Shown here: piece by piece, positions 37,295 to 47,316 of the stretch
Layout of the letters: each line of letters opens with the position of its first letter
Numbering within the stretch: position 1 is the first letter of the stretch
DNA from: a virus
Lineage: Duplodnaviria; Caudoviricetes
IMG/VR virus record: IMGVR_UViG_3300018089_000002
Location: 1-61,928 of that record
Length of the DNA: 61,928 bases
Reading direction: 5' to 3' (one strand)
Translations under genes and position numbers: made by a program
The notes under the pieces: generated by a model
Told to the model about the DNA's origin: nothing
The model's input: the letters and a program-made list of their open reading frames with translations, nothing else
Database searches by the model: none

Positions 37295-38743
37295 CTAACG
37301 GGTCTGCAACTGCACGAAGGCCGACAGCGTGTTTGAAGATCCATTATGAGGTGTCAATGGGGTCTGCAACCAGGGGCGGCCGTCTACGCGGGAAATGATG
37401 CGGTACGCGGTTTGATTATTCTGAAAGGCGTAGTGTTCAGACGCAGCAACTTCAACCTGCTGCCTATCACCAATGAGGTAATAGCTCAGGTCAACGAAGT
37501 TGATGTCCCCAGTCGTGCCGAGCGCCGGCACCTTTTCCGTGAAAATGACCGGCCGGCCAAGGATCGTCACGGGCGGCATGTCCTTGCCGCCCTGGCCACC
37601 AGCAAAGTTCCCAATCCAGACGGGGCCACCACCCGTGCCGACAGCGAGCGCCATCGTCGCAAGCTCGGGGAACGTGTCGATTGCGCAGATCCATACGGCG
37701 TTCGGGATGCTGGTGGGCAGCATCCGGGCGTACATCTTGGTGATGTTCTCCCACAGGATCGTGGAGGACGCCTGCCCGGATTCCTTGTTCGTGGTGGCAA
37801 CGCCCGGGGAGTTGATGAAGCCTTCCGGAGTGCCAACGCCCGATTCGGTCATGAATGCGAGGTCTTCAAACCACGCGAGACCCATCGGGATCCGCTGGTC
37901 GAACCAGCCCGAGAACGCGGGCGCGTCCGCCAGCAACTCGTTCGGCACCTTGAAGAAGCCGGCAAGCTTCTTGGCGGTCAGCCGGATCTGCCCGAACGTG
38001 GCCTGCGTCTCGGTCAGGCTCGCGGACTCCTCCGCCCAGTAGAACACGACGCCACCGAACAGACTGGAAACGTGGCTCGTGTCGTCCACCGTCGGAATCG
38101 GCACGCTGAGCGTAGACATCGGGATCACGGTCGCGCGCGAACGCACGATCGAGGACTCGAGCGCGAGCTGGAGCAGTTCGGACCGCATGATCTCCGGAAT
38201 CAGGAAGCCACCGCTTCCCGCCTCTTCCGAACCGAACGAGTTCTGGAACTCCCGAACGTTCTGGAGCTTCTGGAGGAGTTCCTGCCGATTCGCCAGCGTA
38301 CTCGGGCGCGCTTCCTCGCGGATGGCCTGGCAGTACTCGCCGATGCTCGAGAACCGGTCTTCGTTGCGGTACTTCTGCTCGAAGACAGCGCCCGGAGCGA
38401 GCTTGTTGTAGACCGCGCCACGGCCCTTGCCGACAGCGGCCATGCTCGGTGCGAACCGGGGCGAACCGTTGCTGAAGTCGATCAGCTTGTCAGCGCCGAC
38501 CGGAGTCCTGCCACCACCGTTCGCGCGCAGCATGTCGAAGAGTTCGGCGGAGACCTGGTCTCGGATCTCAGTGTTGAAGTCGTTGTGCCGGCTCGAGAAG
38601 TGCTTCGCGTACATGTCGAGGAACTTCTTCGTGGTGCCGTCAGTGACAGCCTCACGAGAGAAGTACGCCTGCACCTGCCGGTGGTCACCGAGCAGCGCCA
38701 TCAATTCGTCGGGCTCACTGGGAACCACGAGTTTCGTTGCCAT
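37295..38743 (-). CDS. HK97-fold major capsid protein
   Basis: GGFLIP, WAEE, ILGRPV, RVDGRP motifs. Confidence 0.92.
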   Translation of the reverse strand: MATKLVVPSEPDELMALLGDHRQVQAYFSREAVTDGTTKKFLDMYAKHFSSRHNDFNTEIRDQVSAELFDMLRANGGGRTPVGADKLIDFSNGSPRFAPSMAAVGKGRGAVYNKLAPGAVFEQKYRNEDRFSSIGEYCQAIREEARPSTLANRQELLQKLQNVREFQNSFGSEEAGSGGFLIPEIMRSELLQLALESSIVRSRATVIPMSTLSVPIPTVDDTSHVSSLFGGVVFYWAEESASLTETQATFGQIRLTAKKLAGFFKVPNELLADAPAFSGWFDQRIPMGLAWFEDLAFMTESGVGTPEGFINSPGVATTNKESGQASSTILWENITKMYARMLPTSIPNAVWICAIDTFPELATMALAVGTGGGPVWIGNFAGGQGGKDMPPVTILGRPVIFTEKVPALGTTGDINFVDLSYYLIGDRQQVEVAASEHYAFQNNQTAYRIISRVDGRPWLQTPLTPHNGSSNTLSAFVQLQTR

Positions 38744-38748
38744 ATCGG

Positions 38749-40188
38749 TTAGGCTCCCTTCAAGCCTTCAGTGAAAAGTGCTGCCAACAGCGAGGAGTCA
38801 ATGTCCTCCGACTTCTCGCTGAACTTTGGGTCAATCCGATTCATCAGATCGGTCAACATCACGCGAGCCTGTTCACGGTTCGTGAGCCCAGGCTCGGTGC
38901 TCAGTCGCGCAAGTGCGCTCAGGATGGCGTGCACGTTCGGTTTCGCCGTGGGTGACGTCTTGTACGGTAGGCACCAACTGTCGACGTCCTTCGGATCGCC
39001 TGCCTTCCGGCCGGCGCAGACGTTGCGGAAGAACGCCTCGGGATCCTCCGCACGCTCACCCTTCGCCATCACCTTGCGCACGTCGAACGTGTTGCTGTCC
39101 GCCTCGAGCGTTGGCGTGGCAAGGATGCTCAACGCCTGCTCCCGTGCGCGGATCGCCTTTTTCGACCAGTTGGTGACGAAGTAGTCGAGTTCGTTGTTCT
39201 CGTCCCCTCCGCCTCCGTCCTTCAGGTGCGCGCGGAGGTGCGCCTCAACGCCGGGCTTGTCGGAATCCGGAATCTTCGAGCCCGACAGACGTGCCAGGCC
39301 ATTACGCACGCCGTTCAGGTTCGCCGGGCCGCCGGGGGTTGCGTGGTGCGGGAACCTGTAATTGCCCTTCTTGTCGTCCGCACCCTCCGACGTGTCGGAC
39401 GTGTCCTCCCAGGCATGGATCGCGCGCAGGCTCGAGGCCTTCGCAGGGCAGTTCTTCTCTGCCGCTCCACCGTCCCACGTCGTGTCAACGGTGTCAGTGT
39501 GGTGCACGGGCAAGGCCTTGTCCCGAACGCGCGGAGTCTTGTCCAGCAGTGTCAACCGCGCCGCAATCCGATCGGGAACGTGCGTGAACGCTGCGATCGG
39601 CATCCCGTCCGGAAGCTGCGCCGAGATCTCGTCAATGCCGTCCGCGAGACCGGAGACAACCGCTTCCTCAGCCGTGTACCACGTTTCGCCTCGCATCGAC
39701 TCGCGCCACGACTTCGGCGTGCCCTTCTTGCTGCGCGTGGCGTAGATGCTGGCAAGGTTGTCGGAGATCTTGTCGAGGGTCGCTGCCATCGACTGGAGCT
39801 CTGCCGCGTTGCCGACACAGCCGCCGAACGCATCGTGAATCATCATCATCGAGCCGGCGCGCATGATACGCCGTCGTCCGGCCTGCGCGATGACGGATGC
39901 AATCGAGGCAGCAAGCCCGTCAACGATCGTAGTCACTTCACCTTTGTAGCCAGAGATGGCGTTCTGGATGGCAATCCCGTCGAACACATCACCACCAGCG
40001 GAGTTGATGTGCACCTCGAGCTCACCACGAACACCGCTGATCTGTGCAGCGAAGTCGGATGCCGAGATCCCGGGCATGGAGAAGAAACCATCTCCGCCCC
40101 CGATGTCGTCATAGATATCAACCCGCGTGACTCCGGCTTTCGCTGACGCCTGGATACGGCACTTCAGCGGGTAGACCTTCTGATCCAT
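38749..40188 (-). CDS. ClpP-like prohead protease with C-terminal extension
   Basis: INSAGGDV, GLAASIAS, MMIH, ETWYTAEEA. Confidence 0.9.
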   Translation of the reverse strand: MDQKVYPLKCRIQASAKAGVTRVDIYDDIGGGDGFFSMPGISASDFAAQISGVRGELEVHINSAGGDVFDGIAIQNAISGYKGEVTTIVDGLAASIASVIAQAGRRRIMRAGSMMMIHDAFGGCVGNAAELQSMAATLDKISDNLASIYATRSKKGTPKSWRESMRGETWYTAEEAVVSGLADGIDEISAQLPDGMPIAAFTHVPDRIAARLTLLDKTPRVRDKALPVHHTDTVDTTWDGGAAEKNCPAKASSLRAIHAWEDTSDTSEGADDKKGNYRFPHHATPGGPANLNGVRNGLARLSGSKIPDSDKPGVEAHLRAHLKDGGGGDENNELDYFVTNWSKKAIRAREQALSILATPTLEADSNTFDVRKVMAKGERAEDPEAFFRNVCAGRKAGDPKDVDSWCLPYKTSPTAKPNVHAILSALARLSTEPGLTNREQARVMLTDLMNRIDPKFSEKSEDIDSSLLAALFTEGLKGA

Positions 40189-40191
40189 AAC

Positions 40192-41577
40192 TCACCTACT
40201 TCTGGCCGCATTCCAAGCGGCGTTGCGCCGCATGTTCTCCAGTACCTTGTCAAGGTCTTTCTGTTGCTTTTCTTGCTCGGGCGTGGTCGGCTCCGGCGTG
40301 GTGATCGGAGCTGGTGCAGGCGTCGGAGGCTTCTCCTCCGTATCAATGCCCGGAAGGCCAACGACTTCGAAAACGTCGTTGATCTCATAGCTCAGGCCAG
40401 CCTGGTTCAACGCCTGCACAAGGACGAGCGCTGCGTTGGTCTTCGTGGTGAGCTCAAGACTGTCCGCTTCACGGTTGTCCGGGCTGGGATTGTCATAGTC
40501 GAACTCGACGTTTTCGCCGAGCGTGCCGAACATCGGCAGTAGCTTCTCGTTCAGCGTGTGCTTTCGCCGCTCGAGGCGCGGGACCGTGTGCCACGAGACG
40601 AAAACCTCTTCTGCGGTCTGCGCGTTGGCACGGTTGACGTCGTCCGCCGTACCGAGCATGGACTTGTGCATGCGCCATGCTTCGCGAATCTCGTCACGAT
40701 TGGCCAGGCGAAGGTTTCCGTACTCGAGATCCTTATTGTTCATCCCTTCGGGTGCCCACGAAATGCCGTTCTCCAGCACGCCGACGCGACCCGCACGTGC
40801 AACACCCTGGTGTGTCTCGCGCCAGCGCGCGATCAGTTCATCAAACTCAGGTTCGGTCAACCGATTCGGAACCGTGAGCATCCCGCCTGGCGTCGCACCG
40901 TTGATGAACAGGTTTCGCTGGTACTCGGTCGCATATTTCTGCTGCTCGATGTTGGCCATGATGGAGCCGGTCGGACTGAAGCCACGGAACGGGTCCATCG
41001 GATCCGGGATCTTCTCCTGAATGACTTCCTTCAACTTGAGCGGGATCTGTTCTCCCTGCGGAGACGTGTAGATCCAGCCGATCAGGTAGTCCTCAGGGTC
41101 GGGCACCGGTTCCATACGGTCTGGACGGACGTACCACATCGACGTAGGAAATGTGAAAGTCTCTGTGTCCAGCACCCAGAACGTCTCGCCGGCAAGCTCG
41201 AGATGCTGATTCGCGCCTTCTTGAAACTCAAAGTTGGTGTGAAAGGCGTTCGGGTGTTGCCAGAGCTTCACGGCAGCGTGCTGCACTACCTCTATGCGCT
41301 GGTCCGAGCCACGATCGCCTGTGGTGTACCGAACGCGGCCGTCAACAGGCTGCTTCTTGAACAGATGCCACGGAATAGAGGCAGGCGCCATCTGCAAAAG
41401 CGAGACGATCGAGTAGACCGTTCCCGACTGCGCGTACGTCCGTAGTTGCGCTTCCTTCGACATTCGGCCTACGCCGAGATCGAAGATGGAGCCCTTACGG
41501 TTGTTGTACGGAGCTAACGGTATCGGTGCTTTTGACTTCCTCGCCTGATTTACTAGCCTACGGATGCCGGATTGCAT
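40192..41577 (-). CDS. HK97-type portal protein
   Basis: HPN, LELAGE, RGFSP, NGATPGG, NRANA motifs. Confidence 0.92.
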   Translation of the reverse strand: MQSGIRRLVNQARKSKAPIPLAPYNNRKGSIFDLGVGRMSKEAQLRTYAQSGTVYSIVSLLQMAPASIPWHLFKKQPVDGRVRYTTGDRGSDQRIEVVQHAAVKLWQHPNAFHTNFEFQEGANQHLELAGETFWVLDTETFTFPTSMWYVRPDRMEPVPDPEDYLIGWIYTSPQGEQIPLKLKEVIQEKIPDPMDPFRGFSPTGSIMANIEQQKYATEYQRNLFINGATPGGMLTVPNRLTEPEFDELIARWRETHQGVARAGRVGVLENGISWAPEGMNNKDLEYGNLRLANRDEIREAWRMHKSMLGTADDVNRANAQTAEEVFVSWHTVPRLERRKHTLNEKLLPMFGTLGENVEFDYDNPSPDNREADSLELTTKTNAALVLVQALNQAGLSYEINDVFEVVGLPGIDTEEKPPTPAPAPITTPEPTTPEQEKQQKDLDKVLENMRRNAAWNAARSR

Positions 41578-41589
41578 ACAACCGCCAAG

Positions 41590-41970
41590 TTAGGCAACTG
41601 TCCTTTGCTTGCGTGCACGTTCATCAATGAACTCGATGTCGCTGAGCTTACGTTCAAGGTCTCGTGCTGTCTTGCCTTCTGCACTGTCATCGTCCGCGAG
41701 CATCAACTCAAGCACGAACAACGACAGACCCGTGACCAGCCATCCCCAGCCGTGCGCGAGATGAAATGCCGCAAAGTCTATACACACAAGTCCGACAACC
41801 GAAAGCGGGATCGCGCGGAGCTTGCTCCACAGCGCGTTGACGGACGTGGCGGACGAGCGCAGTGCTCGGACCGAGGTGATGACGTAGCGGGCACGGCGCC
41901 GAGCCGCCGCAGTATCGATCTGCGGCCTGCGCGTGACAGGAGCCGCGATCGGAAGTCCGTCCGCGCTCAC
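41590..41970 (-). CDS. small membrane protein upstream of portal
   Basis: two hydrophobic helices; GTGA overlap. Confidence 0.6.
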   Translation of the reverse strand: MSADGLPIAAPVTRRPQIDTAAARRRARYVITSVRALRSSATSVNALWSKLRAIPLSVVGLVCIDFAAFHLAHGWGWLVTGLSLFVLELMLADDDSAEGKTARDLERKLSDIEFIDERARKQRTVA

Positions 41971-42263
41971 CCAGAGCCGTTCGGTGCGAGCGGCATCGTC
42001 GGGCCGGCGAGAATCAGACCCGTCCGGGCTTGTGTGCCCGCCTGATGGATCGCTCGGGACCATGTCTCTGCCTCCTCCGGACGCCACAACACGGTGGTCT
42101 GAAGAGCCACTGCGCGTTGTCCCGGACCTACCTCCACCAGCACAAGCTGTAGACCGAGCTGACCAGGTGGCAGGTGTCCGGGCGGCACAGGCGCGCTCGC
42201 GGGAGCTGGAGGCGGCGCCTGTGCACCGGATGACTGCCGAGCTGGATGCTCAAGGTCGGTCAT
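41967..42263 (-). CDS. hypothetical protein, probably leaderless
   Basis: TGC-TACCCT -10 lies six nt before the ATG. Confidence 0.55.
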   Translation of the reverse strand: MTDLEHPARQSSGAQAPPPAPASAPVPPGHLPPGQLGLQLVLVEVGPGQRAVALQTTVLWRPEEAETWSRAIHQAGTQARTGLILAGPTMPLAPNGSG

Positions 42264-42347
42264 GTGCGCAGGGTAGCAGGATCGGACAAGCAGAACCACA
42301 GGCTCTACGTCATGTCCGGAATGTCTGAACTAAGAATTGTGACAAAT

Positions 42348-42383
42348 GGCAATCGCCCCGATCCGAAGATCGGGGCGATTGCC
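42348..42383. terminator. stem-loop terminator of moron
   Basis: GGCAATCGCCCCGATC-cgaa-GATCGGGGCGATTGCC. Confidence 0.8.
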
Positions 42384-42389
42384 TGTCTG

Positions 42390-42524
42390 TCAGTAACGGC
42401 CTGCCGAGTCGAAATGGTCGCACTCTAGGCAGTACTCGTTTGAGGTCCAGTCGCCGTTGTCGGTAATCCAGAGAGTGAACAGGTGGCACTTCGGGCAGAA
42501 TCCGCGCTGTCCGTTGCTGTTCAT
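42390..42524 (-). CDS. 44-aa zinc-ribbon moron gene (not in ORF track)
   Basis: MNSNGQRGFCPKC..YCLECDH; own promoter and terminator. Confidence 0.7.
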   Translation of the reverse strand: MNSNGQRGFCPKCHLFTLWITDNGDWTSNEYCLECDHFDSAGRY

Positions 42525-42548
42525 CGTCTTCTCTTTTCTGTTTTCCGT

Positions 42549-42596
42549 TTTCCTGCTGACAAGAAGAACACTACTCCTGTCTCAGAGAGGTGTCAA
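42549..42596 (-). promoter_or_regulatory. cassette promoter F
   Basis: TTGACA-N17-TAGTGT-TCTTCTTGTCAGCAGGAAA; 26 nt identical to promoter A. Confidence 0.85.
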
Positions 42597-42634
42597 CCCC
42601 GATGTACGCGGAAAACGAACAAATTTTTAGTGGC

Positions 42635-43072
42635 CTACAGCACGCCTTCTATCTGGTAGATGTTCACGATCCCGGTCTTGGACGCGCCGGCTGCGGACAC
42701 TGTCAACTGGTAGCCCGCTCCACCGTGCAACCAGCAACGCGCGTAGACCGGAGTTGCGTTCGTACCAACGATCATCGGAGCGCGGTGCACGCCGATCGTG
42801 TTACTGAGGTTTGCTCCGATGCTCGTTCCCGTACCGTCATCGAACATCGATTCGCCGTTGGCGTCCAAGAAATCTACATCGTAGTTGAGCGTAGGCTGCG
42901 TTCCACCAGAACCGGGGATGAACTCCACCACGACGATACAGCCGGATCCGAACGTGAACGAGTTTCCGCTCACGTTGCCCGATCCGTCGCTGGTCCAGGC
43001 GAGCGAGGTTTTACGCACCTGTGATAGGTCAACCTGGGAAACTGTGGCAACAACAGTGCCGACGACAGCCAT
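42635..43072 (-). CDS. hypothetical (possibly structural) protein
   Basis: beta-rich ORF after terL. Confidence 0.6.
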   Translation of the reverse strand: MAVVGTVVATVSQVDLSQVRKTSLAWTSDGSGNVSGNSFTFGSGCIVVVEFIPGSGGTQPTLNYDVDFLDANGESMFDDGTGTSIGANLSNTIGVHRAPMIVGTNATPVYARCWLHGGAGYQLTVSAAGASKTGIVNIYQIEGVL

Positions 43073-43076
43073 GTGA

Positions 43077-44432
43077 TCAGATCCCTATGTGAGTTGAGAA
43101 CGAACGAATGCGTGGACGGCCTACGTTGTCTACCTGGGCACATAGATAGCGAAGTGCGTCGTTGCCATCATCGTACTCTTTGACCGGTTGTTCCTTCGTC
43201 TTGTGGTCCGCCCAGACATAACTCGGAATCTCGTCCGCTGTGCACGTCGGAACCTTGTACTGCGAGAGTTCTCGGTCCCGCTCAACGACAGAGTTACGGA
43301 AGATGAACAACCGTGGCTTGCCGTCCGGCTGGACTCGAAGACGTTGCTGTACGGCCTGGATCCCGTCTGAGACGGTCTTCTTCGCCGGCACGGTCGCCAT
43401 GCCGAGATGCCTCTCTAACGTCGCTCGGTCCTCTGCGTCATGGTCGCAGATGATAGCGAACGGGCGTGGCTCCATCCAGTCCTCTTTGCGCCGCGCGCTG
43501 CCCGGACGGTAGACCGCGTTCAGCGCGGCCCGCGCGTGGTCCTCGACAAGACGTTTCGTGTGGTAGATCTCGCGGTACAGGTACGCACGTCCGTCCGGAT
43601 CCAGGGCCCACCACTGAAGCACAAAAGGGTGCACGTACCCGAAGTCAACCGACCAGTAGCGTTGCCACGAATCGGGAACCTTGAACGGCTCGATCAGGTG
43701 TATGGACTCGTCCCAGGCTTCGTAGATGACGCCTTCGGCTGCTGTCCACTTACCGAGATAGAGGCGCGAGTAGTTCAGTCCGGACAGGCTCTTGAGCAGC
43801 TCGAGGTAGCGCTGTCCTTCCTCGGTCCACTGGCCTGTCTCCGCGTTGAACATGCGCGGATTGTCCTGATGCACGGATCGCAGCATCTGGCAACGACCTT
43901 CGTCCGCGCGCACCTTGAGATGATGCGTCGGCGGACCTGGGTTTGTCGCCATGAGTAGTTGCTGGTAAGAGAGCTTGCCGTTACGAAGACGAGTCAGGAG
44001 AGTTTCTACGTCGTTGTCCGTGACCTCTACAGCCTCGTCAATGAAGATGATGTCATAGTCCGTGCTCAGCATCCGCGTAGGCTTGTCCAGCCCGCCGACG
44101 ACGATGGTCGAGCCGTTGGCGTAGCGGTAGGCCGCCGGCTCTTGCCCGGAGCCGCCGTAGAACAAGAGCAAGTTGCTCTTGATGGCTTCCGGCGCAACCT
44201 GTTTCCGGAAGGTCACGAGTGTGGACGCTGTGAGGGACGCATGCGTCTTGCGCACGACCAGAGCGCGGACGCCCGGCACGAGCAAGCACGCGAGATGAAT
44301 CTTCGTCATCGCAGCAACGCTCTTGCCCGTGCCCGCTGGTCCTGCGATGAGGATCTGTGCAGCTTTGGACTCGAGCAGTTCTTTGCCCGCGCCTCGAAAC
44401 TCGAGTTTGATCGAACTCTGTTCCGTTGTCAT
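43077..44432 (-). CDS. terL: terminase large subunit
   Basis: GPAGTGKS, IFIDEA, ATNP, SVDFG, DDGNDALRY. Confidence 0.95.
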   Translation of the reverse strand: MTTEQSSIKLEFRGAGKELLESKAAQILIAGPAGTGKSVAAMTKIHLACLLVPGVRALVVRKTHASLTASTLVTFRKQVAPEAIKSNLLLFYGGSGQEPAAYRYANGSTIVVGGLDKPTRMLSTDYDIIFIDEAVEVTDNDVETLLTRLRNGKLSYQQLLMATNPGPPTHHLKVRADEGRCQMLRSVHQDNPRMFNAETGQWTEEGQRYLELLKSLSGLNYSRLYLGKWTAAEGVIYEAWDESIHLIEPFKVPDSWQRYWSVDFGYVHPFVLQWWALDPDGRAYLYREIYHTKRLVEDHARAALNAVYRPGSARRKEDWMEPRPFAIICDHDAEDRATLERHLGMATVPAKKTVSDGIQAVQQRLRVQPDGKPRLFIFRNSVVERDRELSQYKVPTCTADEIPSYVWADHKTKEQPVKEYDDGNDALRYLCAQVDNVGRPRIRSFSTHIGI

Positions 44433-44435
44433 TCT

Positions 44436-44654
44436 TCACGTCAACTTTGTGTAGAAGAGATCCGAATGTGTTCGAATGAACTCGTTTCCTGCTTCTTCCA
44501 TCACGTCTGCGAGTTGACGACGGATCCATTCTCCGTAGCCAGTATCCGCGTTGGTCTCTTCGTGATACCGCAGACGACTAGGCAGGTTTCCGTCTAGATA
44601 CGGTCGAGTCATGACGGACCAGGCTAGGGTGTGCTCGTTGTCAGACATACACAA
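44436..44654 (-). CDS. hypothetical protein
   Basis: fills the operon between terS-like gene and terL. Confidence 0.5.
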   Translation of the reverse strand: MCMSDNEHTLAWSVMTRPYLDGNLPSRLRYHEETNADTGYGEWIRRQLADVMEEAGNEFIRTHSDLFYTKLT

Positions 44655-44846
44655 TCATCGCCGCAAGGCTTTGATTACCTGCTTGACGTCATCAATAGTC
44701 GCAAGACCGTCTACTGTCCTTTCTATCCTCTCAATCATTTCTTGCGTCATCTCAACGTCTGGCACAAGCAGCGGGCCGAGACGATACCCGGGCGAACCGT
44801 TCTTTTGCTCCGCAACGTACGTTCTTCCGAACAGATTGATGATCAT
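44655..44846 (-). CDS. hypothetical protein
   Basis: ATGA-coupled. Confidence 0.5.
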   Translation of the reverse strand: MIINLFGRTYVAEQKNGSPGYRLGPLLVPDVEMTQEMIERIERTVDGLATIDDVKQVIKALRR

Positions 44847-45325
44847 TTCAGCAACTCCGGATCGATTCCGACGAGTTCGTACTTGATGCTTCCCTCGACC
44901 TGGACCTGTGCTGGCGCATCCATCCCGAACAACTTCCGTCGTGCTGCCGAAATGCTCAGTAGTTGGTTGATCGCGGCAAGCGTCAGCTTTCGCTCAACCT
45001 CTCCCTGAAGTCCTTGCCGATTGCCCTCGAGCGTATCGTTCACGATAACTTCGGCTCGATCATATCGAGCACCCTCGAGCGCGCGCATACGCTGCGTCTG
45101 TTGGCTGTACGCCGCGATCTGGTCTGTGGCATAGTCGATGACTGCACTGATCGCGACGGCCGGCAGACCGAGCCGCGAGCCGATGGCCGACTCGTCTTCA
45201 CCGATGATGCGATAAGCAAACACGCGATCAATCAAGTTCTGTGAGACGAGCATCTTTCGCTCAGTCTCGTCCTGCACAAACGTCAACGGTATTGTGTTGG
45301 TATCGTATTCTTCGATCGCAGACAT
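44843..45325 (-). CDS. putative terminase small subunit
   Basis: HTH-like segment and RRKLFGMDAP motif; upstream of terL. Confidence 0.7.
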   Translation of the reverse strand: MSAIEEYDTNTIPLTFVQDETERKMLVSQNLIDRVFAYRIIGEDESAIGSRLGLPAVAISAVIDYATDQIAAYSQQTQRMRALEGARYDRAEVIVNDTLEGNRQGLQGEVERKLTLAAINQLLSISAARRKLFGMDAPAQVQVEGSIKYELVGIDPELLK

Positions 45326-45936
45326 CCGTTTCCCTTCATCACTTCGCCCCTGGTCGGTGGTGCGTTGAACCATCCGCCCCAGTCAGTATCTTCCGGTCCC
45401 TGGATCACGTCAAGATCGGTATCGGGGAAGCCAGTCGGGTCAACGAGCTGCACGATCCGCGCTCGGCTGCTCACCTCCACACGCTGCCAAGGCTGCGTCT
45501 GCCAGAGGTACGGAGTGTCATAGCGCGCGCAGAACTCGATGATTTCAATCTCGCCGTAGATGCCGAGCGGATGGGGCCAGATAGCAGCCTCGAAACCTCC
45601 GAGGTAGTTGGCCACAATCTTTAGACCATCCCGGACCGTGTGGATGTCGATAGCAGTATAGATGGGTCGGTCTTTCGGCCAGTCGAGCACACTTGCCATT
45701 GCGTTTGCGTGCGCACCGTCGAAGTATCCGCCGTTCCTCGACGTCAACGGCCGATGGCGCGAGGAATCCCAGAGCAGCGCGATACCAAGGCCGTTGGCGT
45801 GCAGCACGTCCCGCTCTGCTGCCGTGAGGGTCTTGCTCGCGCTGTGCGAGAGGTATCGAATCACGCCCGAATAGCCAGCGGCCTTGACACGAGAAGGATC
45901 CGGACGGGCGAACGAGTAATCCAGGAGCTTTACCAT
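45283..45936 (-). CDS. DUF1906 glycoside hydrolase (putative peptidoglycan hydrolase)
   Basis: DYSFARP, GVIRYLS, IYTAID, GIYG, WQT. Confidence 0.75.
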   Translation of the reverse strand: MVKLLDYSFARPDPSRVKAAGYSGVIRYLSHSASKTLTAAERDVLHANGLGIALLWDSSRHRPLTSRNGGYFDGAHANAMASVLDWPKDRPIYTAIDIHTVRDGLKIVANYLGGFEAAIWPHPLGIYGEIEIIEFCARYDTPYLWQTQPWQRVEVSSRARIVQLVDPTGFPDTDLDVIQGPEDTDWGGWFNAPPTRGEVMKGNGCLRSKNTIPTQYR

Positions 45937-46276
45937 CTTTCCTCTTCTCTCGTCATCGAGCACGCGCTGCACGGCGCACAACAAAGGCACGCACGCGATG
46001 GGTGCGTACGTGCCTTTGTCGGATCTGCACCGGTCAACAGGGGCGACACCGGAAGATCTATTCAAACGCTCCGACCCGGGGGAACGAGTGAACTGTCACG
46101 CACCATACCAAACCCGTTACTCGTTGTGTAGTGCTTGATGACACGTGTTGAGAGTGGTACCAATGGTGACACATTTGCATATGTCCGTTCCTACCACGTG
46201 CCTACGATGTGCACTATCCCGAACAGCGCACCGAGGTCAGCAAGTGCGAGCAACATCAACAGCGTGGTGGACGCCG

Positions 46277-46900
46277 TCAGTTTCCGCCCCCGCCGACCGC
46301 TGGGATGTACTGCGTATCGGACGTGATAGCGATACGTCCAGCGCGTTCGTGATGTGCTGTGTCTCGGTGCCACATCAACCTCTGAGTTCCGGGCGCGATC
46401 GTAAAGGGCACGTAGCGGTGCCCGTGCAGTCGCGCAAGTGAGATCTTGTCCGTGATGGCTAGCACGCGCGATCCGCCGTTGTACGGCCAGCGTTCCTGCG
46501 CGTACTCAACAGCCTGCCTCGGACCGTCCGCCAGTACCGCCAATTCTGGTGCCATCACGCATTCCGCGCGCAGATGCAGGACGACCTGCATGCGCAGGTC
46601 CTCGATATCGAGATCCTTGCAGTCCTTCCGGATCCGCCACTCGCCCCCGGACTTGCCTGCGCTCGGCACCCAATACCTGATTTCTTCAAGAGTTGAGTAC
46701 TCGGCGAACCACATCCCCGCGTCAGCAGCTCTCACGTGCAGTTTCTTCGCTGCCTCGTGCGCGGCGTGCATGAACTGCGCGTCGCTCGTCTGGACGTCTT
46801 CGCGTTCCTGCGGGACCACGATCCTACACGTCAAGAGCCTGTGTTCCTGGATCCAGCGAGACTGCGTCATCGGCTGCTCAGCGCTCGGCACGTCTGTCAT
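46277..46900 (-). CDS. hypothetical protein
   Basis: ATG after AAAGGA, overlapping upstream stop. Confidence 0.6.
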   Translation of the reverse strand: MTDVPSAEQPMTQSRWIQEHRLLTCRIVVPQEREDVQTSDAQFMHAAHEAAKKLHVRAADAGMWFAEYSTLEEIRYWVPSAGKSGGEWRIRKDCKDLDIEDLRMQVVLHLRAECVMAPELAVLADGPRQAVEYAQERWPYNGGSRVLAITDKISLARLHGHRYVPFTIAPGTQRLMWHRDTAHHERAGRIAITSDTQYIPAVGGGGN

Positions 46901-47073
46901 TTCGATCCTTTCAGCACGCGGATAACGTCTGCTGTGTTTGCGCGTTGCTGCTTTCCGCACGACTCACAGAGCAGCAACAACGGATCAGCCTTCGGCTTCG
47001 CCTGACGCATCGTCACGTGCGTCAGGCACTTAGGGCAGAACGCATGCACTGCGATCCGCACCAACTTAGCCAC
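46897..47073 (-). CDS. 58-aa zinc-ribbon microprotein (not in ORF track)
   Basis: FCPKC..LCESCG; ATGA overlap. Confidence 0.6.
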   Translation of the reverse strand: MAKLVRIAVHAFCPKCLTHVTMRQAKPKADPLLLLCESCGKQQRANTADVIRVLKGSK

Positions 47074-47079
47074 TGTTAT

Positions 47080-47316
47080 CTACCTGCCTCGCGTGGTTGC
47101 TCCGGTAATGAGCACAATCGTTATCAGCGTGCCGGCAATCACGGCCCTGCGTGGAAGCGCTGCGCGCTGTCCCGTGAACCATCGCTCGGCGGCCGTAGAC
47201 GCCCGATGGAGAGCCTTACGACGCCTACGCCGTGCCGGATACACCTGCTCCTCGATCCAGTCGTCAAAGCCCGCTGGTCCGAGCTGGACAGCCTGCGCTG
47301 CCGTTGTTACTGACAT
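47080..47316 (-). CDS. small membrane protein
   Basis: C-terminal hydrophobic helix. Confidence 0.5.
   Translation of the reverse strand: MSVTTAAQAVQLGPAGFDDWIEEQVYPARRRRRKALHRASTAAERWFTGQRAALPRRAVIAGTLITIVLITGATTRGR

Noticed and set aside
37346-38752. 468-aa + strand ORF, and similar long antisense ORFs (1186-2199, 6311-7048, 15654-16640, 30661-31584, 39226-40146, 40558-41445)
   Set aside because: They mirror well-supported genes on the opposite strand, have no motifs, and are expected shadows of high-GC codon bias
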